DNA of 8,270 nt from Amoeboradix gromovi X-113 (lineage: Eukaryota; Fungi; Sanchytriomycota). Both the position numbers and the translations under genes were made by a program. Numbering within the stretch: position 1 is the first letter of the stretch; each line of letters opens with the position of its first letter. Of this stretch, positions 6,886-8,270 are shown piece by piece. Where the stretch lies: positions 1 to 8,270 of the forward strand of contig JADGIF010000450.1 of the NCBI GenBank assembly GCA_018985225.1. The letters are read 5' to 3'. A model generated the notes under the pieces. The model ran no database searches. It saw only the letters and a list, made by a program, of their open reading frames with translations, and was not told where the DNA came from.

Positions 6886-8208
6886 TTAATCAAGTCCTGA
6901 AGACAGTTGATACTTTGTCGTGGCTGTAGTGTAAAAGTCCAAGAACTCTGCGAGAAAATCCAGTTTTATAATCAATTTTACTGCATCTTCGTTGGACTTG
7001 TTCGCCACTTTGTACACTAGCACCATTTTATTATTGACTTCTGAATTATGACCAGTAGCGAGTTTCATCAAGTATTTATTCCTATCATTGAATTCATGTA
7101 TTATGGACTGCATGTGCTCTTCTAATATGTATCTTAGCCATTCTACGTCTTCTGGAACTGACAAGTCCAACCTGTTTCTAAAGTAGTTGTACCACTTTTC
7201 CTTATTAGCACCCTCGCCATTAACACTATCAAACAGAGCAATCATGTTTTTATCAAATATTTTATTTCTATATCCCATACTTCTGTGTTCATATATGTCC
7301 TGTAACTTTAATGGTCCAAAGTCTCTCGTCACAAAAAGCTGCTTACTGCTAGCTGAAAGACTTGAATCTATTGATAAAACATACATGAGGTTTGGCATAG
7401 TCAGATATTTTGTACACTTTTGATTCCAAAATGAAATAGCAGTTGTGGTATCTAATTCTAAATTGCCGCCATCAGTGTCGTAATGTAGAGATTTGCCATA
7501 CAATAATATTTCACGGTAATCAGGTAAAAAGGACTTGTAGATAAAGTAAACTATAAAATCTAGTGTTGGTGATATGCTATATGAGCTTAAAATTTGTAGA
7601 AGTTGCGATTTATTATCGCGGAGAAACTTATCCAGATAAATATGAGCAGACTTTTTTAATAAATGAAGATGAGGGTAGAGTGCTTGAATGTAATCAAACG
7701 TTAATAGTTTGTCATTTGGATCACTTAAAAGGTACTCCATTGTAGAAGAAGACTTAAACTCATCAACTTGTAAAAACGTGCTTACAAAAAAAGGGCCCAT
7801 ATGTGCTACTTTGTTGACCAGATCTCTAAAGGAATCAGACTCAAAGGATTTCTCCAATTCATCTGAAGAGAAGCTTGTTAAGCTATACATTTCAATTGAA
7901 GAACTAAATTTCTGCGGATTGTTGGCTAAGCACGCCATTAAATTTATGTATATATCACTCAAATCATGAGGTGAACTATAGTCTGATGCACCATCTTCTG
8001 GACCTAAAAGGGCATAATTAATGGCGGTCTGAGCTCTGTTTAATGCTTTTGGTTGTTCGTCCACAGTTACATATTTCAGAAAGGGCCGAGTATTAGGATT
8101 ATTACCCTTTAAAAGAGAATGACTATGATGATACTTTCTGGTTAAGGGAGGATGACTCAAAAAGGCTTCTACAAAAGGAAAAGCCAAAGTAGACGCTATG
8201 TACAACAT
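6886..8208 (-). CDS. Hypothetical protein, probably secreted (440 aa from ATG 8208)
   Basis: Long uninterrupted ORF in AT-rich DNA. The first ATG (8208) starts a hydrophobic leader MLYIASTLAFP. No domain recognised. The frame stays open to the window edge, so a more upstream start cannot be excluded. Confidence 0.75.
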   Translation of the reverse strand: MLYIASTLAFPFVEAFLSHPPLTRKYHHSHSLLKGNNPNTRPFLKYVTVDEQPKALNRAQTAINYALLGPEDGASDYSSPHDLSDIYINLMACLANNPQKFSSSIEMYSLTSFSSDELEKSFESDSFRDLVNKVAHMGPFFVSTFLQVDEFKSSSTMEYLLSDPNDKLLTFDYIQALYPHLHLLKKSAHIYLDKFLRDNKSQLLQILSSYSISPTLDFIVYFIYKSFLPDYREILLYGKSLHYDTDGGNLELDTTTAISFWNQKCTKYLTMPNLMYVLSIDSSLSASSKQLFVTRDFGPLKLQDIYEHRSMGYRNKIFDKNMIALFDSVNGEGANKEKWYNYFRNRLDLSVPEDVEWLRYILEEHMQSIIHEFNDRNKYLMKLATGHNSEVNNKMVLVYKVANKSNEDAVKLIIKLDFLAEFLDFYTTATTKYQLSSGLD

Positions 8209-8270
8209 GGAAAAGGGGTTAAGTATTTCAGCATCACGCTCCAATATTTTCAATAGGTTGTACAAGTCAG

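Noticed and set aside
7187-7969. Plus-strand ORFs 7187-7423, 7563-7745 and 7709-7969
   Set aside because: They are antisense shadows of the long minus-strand CDS with non-ATG starts.
1-8270. Alternative genetic code with TAA/TAG = Gln (as in some aphelids and ciliates)
   Set aside because: The long ORFs contain no in-frame TAR apart from the intronic one, and PGM3 ends in TAA at the expected C-terminal position. Internal stops occur only in regions that also have frameshifts.
1-8270. CRISPR arrays, tRNA/rRNA genes and long terminal or inverted repeats
   Set aside because: None seen on manual reading. The context is eukaryotic.

Overview
AT-rich (roughly one-third GC by eye), very compact eukaryotic genomic DNA read in the standard code. 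It is most consistent with a flagellated, early-diverging fungus or relative (inference from a fungal-type PGM3, a C11orf65 homolog and micro-introns). Host genes: a small secreted/membrane protein (125-430, -); N-acetylglucosamine-phosphate mutase PGM3/PCM1 (572-2135, -) split by a 19- or 25-nt spliceosomal micro-intron; a secreted class-3 lipase (3050-4444, -); an IQ-motif ORF followed in frame, across one TGA, by a C11orf65/MFI-family ORF (4810-5883, +); and an orphan, probably secreted protein (6886-8208, -). The large intergenic gaps do not look empty. Manual three-frame reading suggests three frameshifted endonuclease relics that the ORF track misses: a Fanzor/TnpB-like RuvC remnant with a downstream hairpin cluster at the expected omegaRNA position (about 2300-3007), and two tandem GIY-YIG-superfamily remnants (5923-6320 and 6450-6865) with a CCAAT+TATA promoter between them. 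These relic calls rest on motif recognition from memory and need profile searches.
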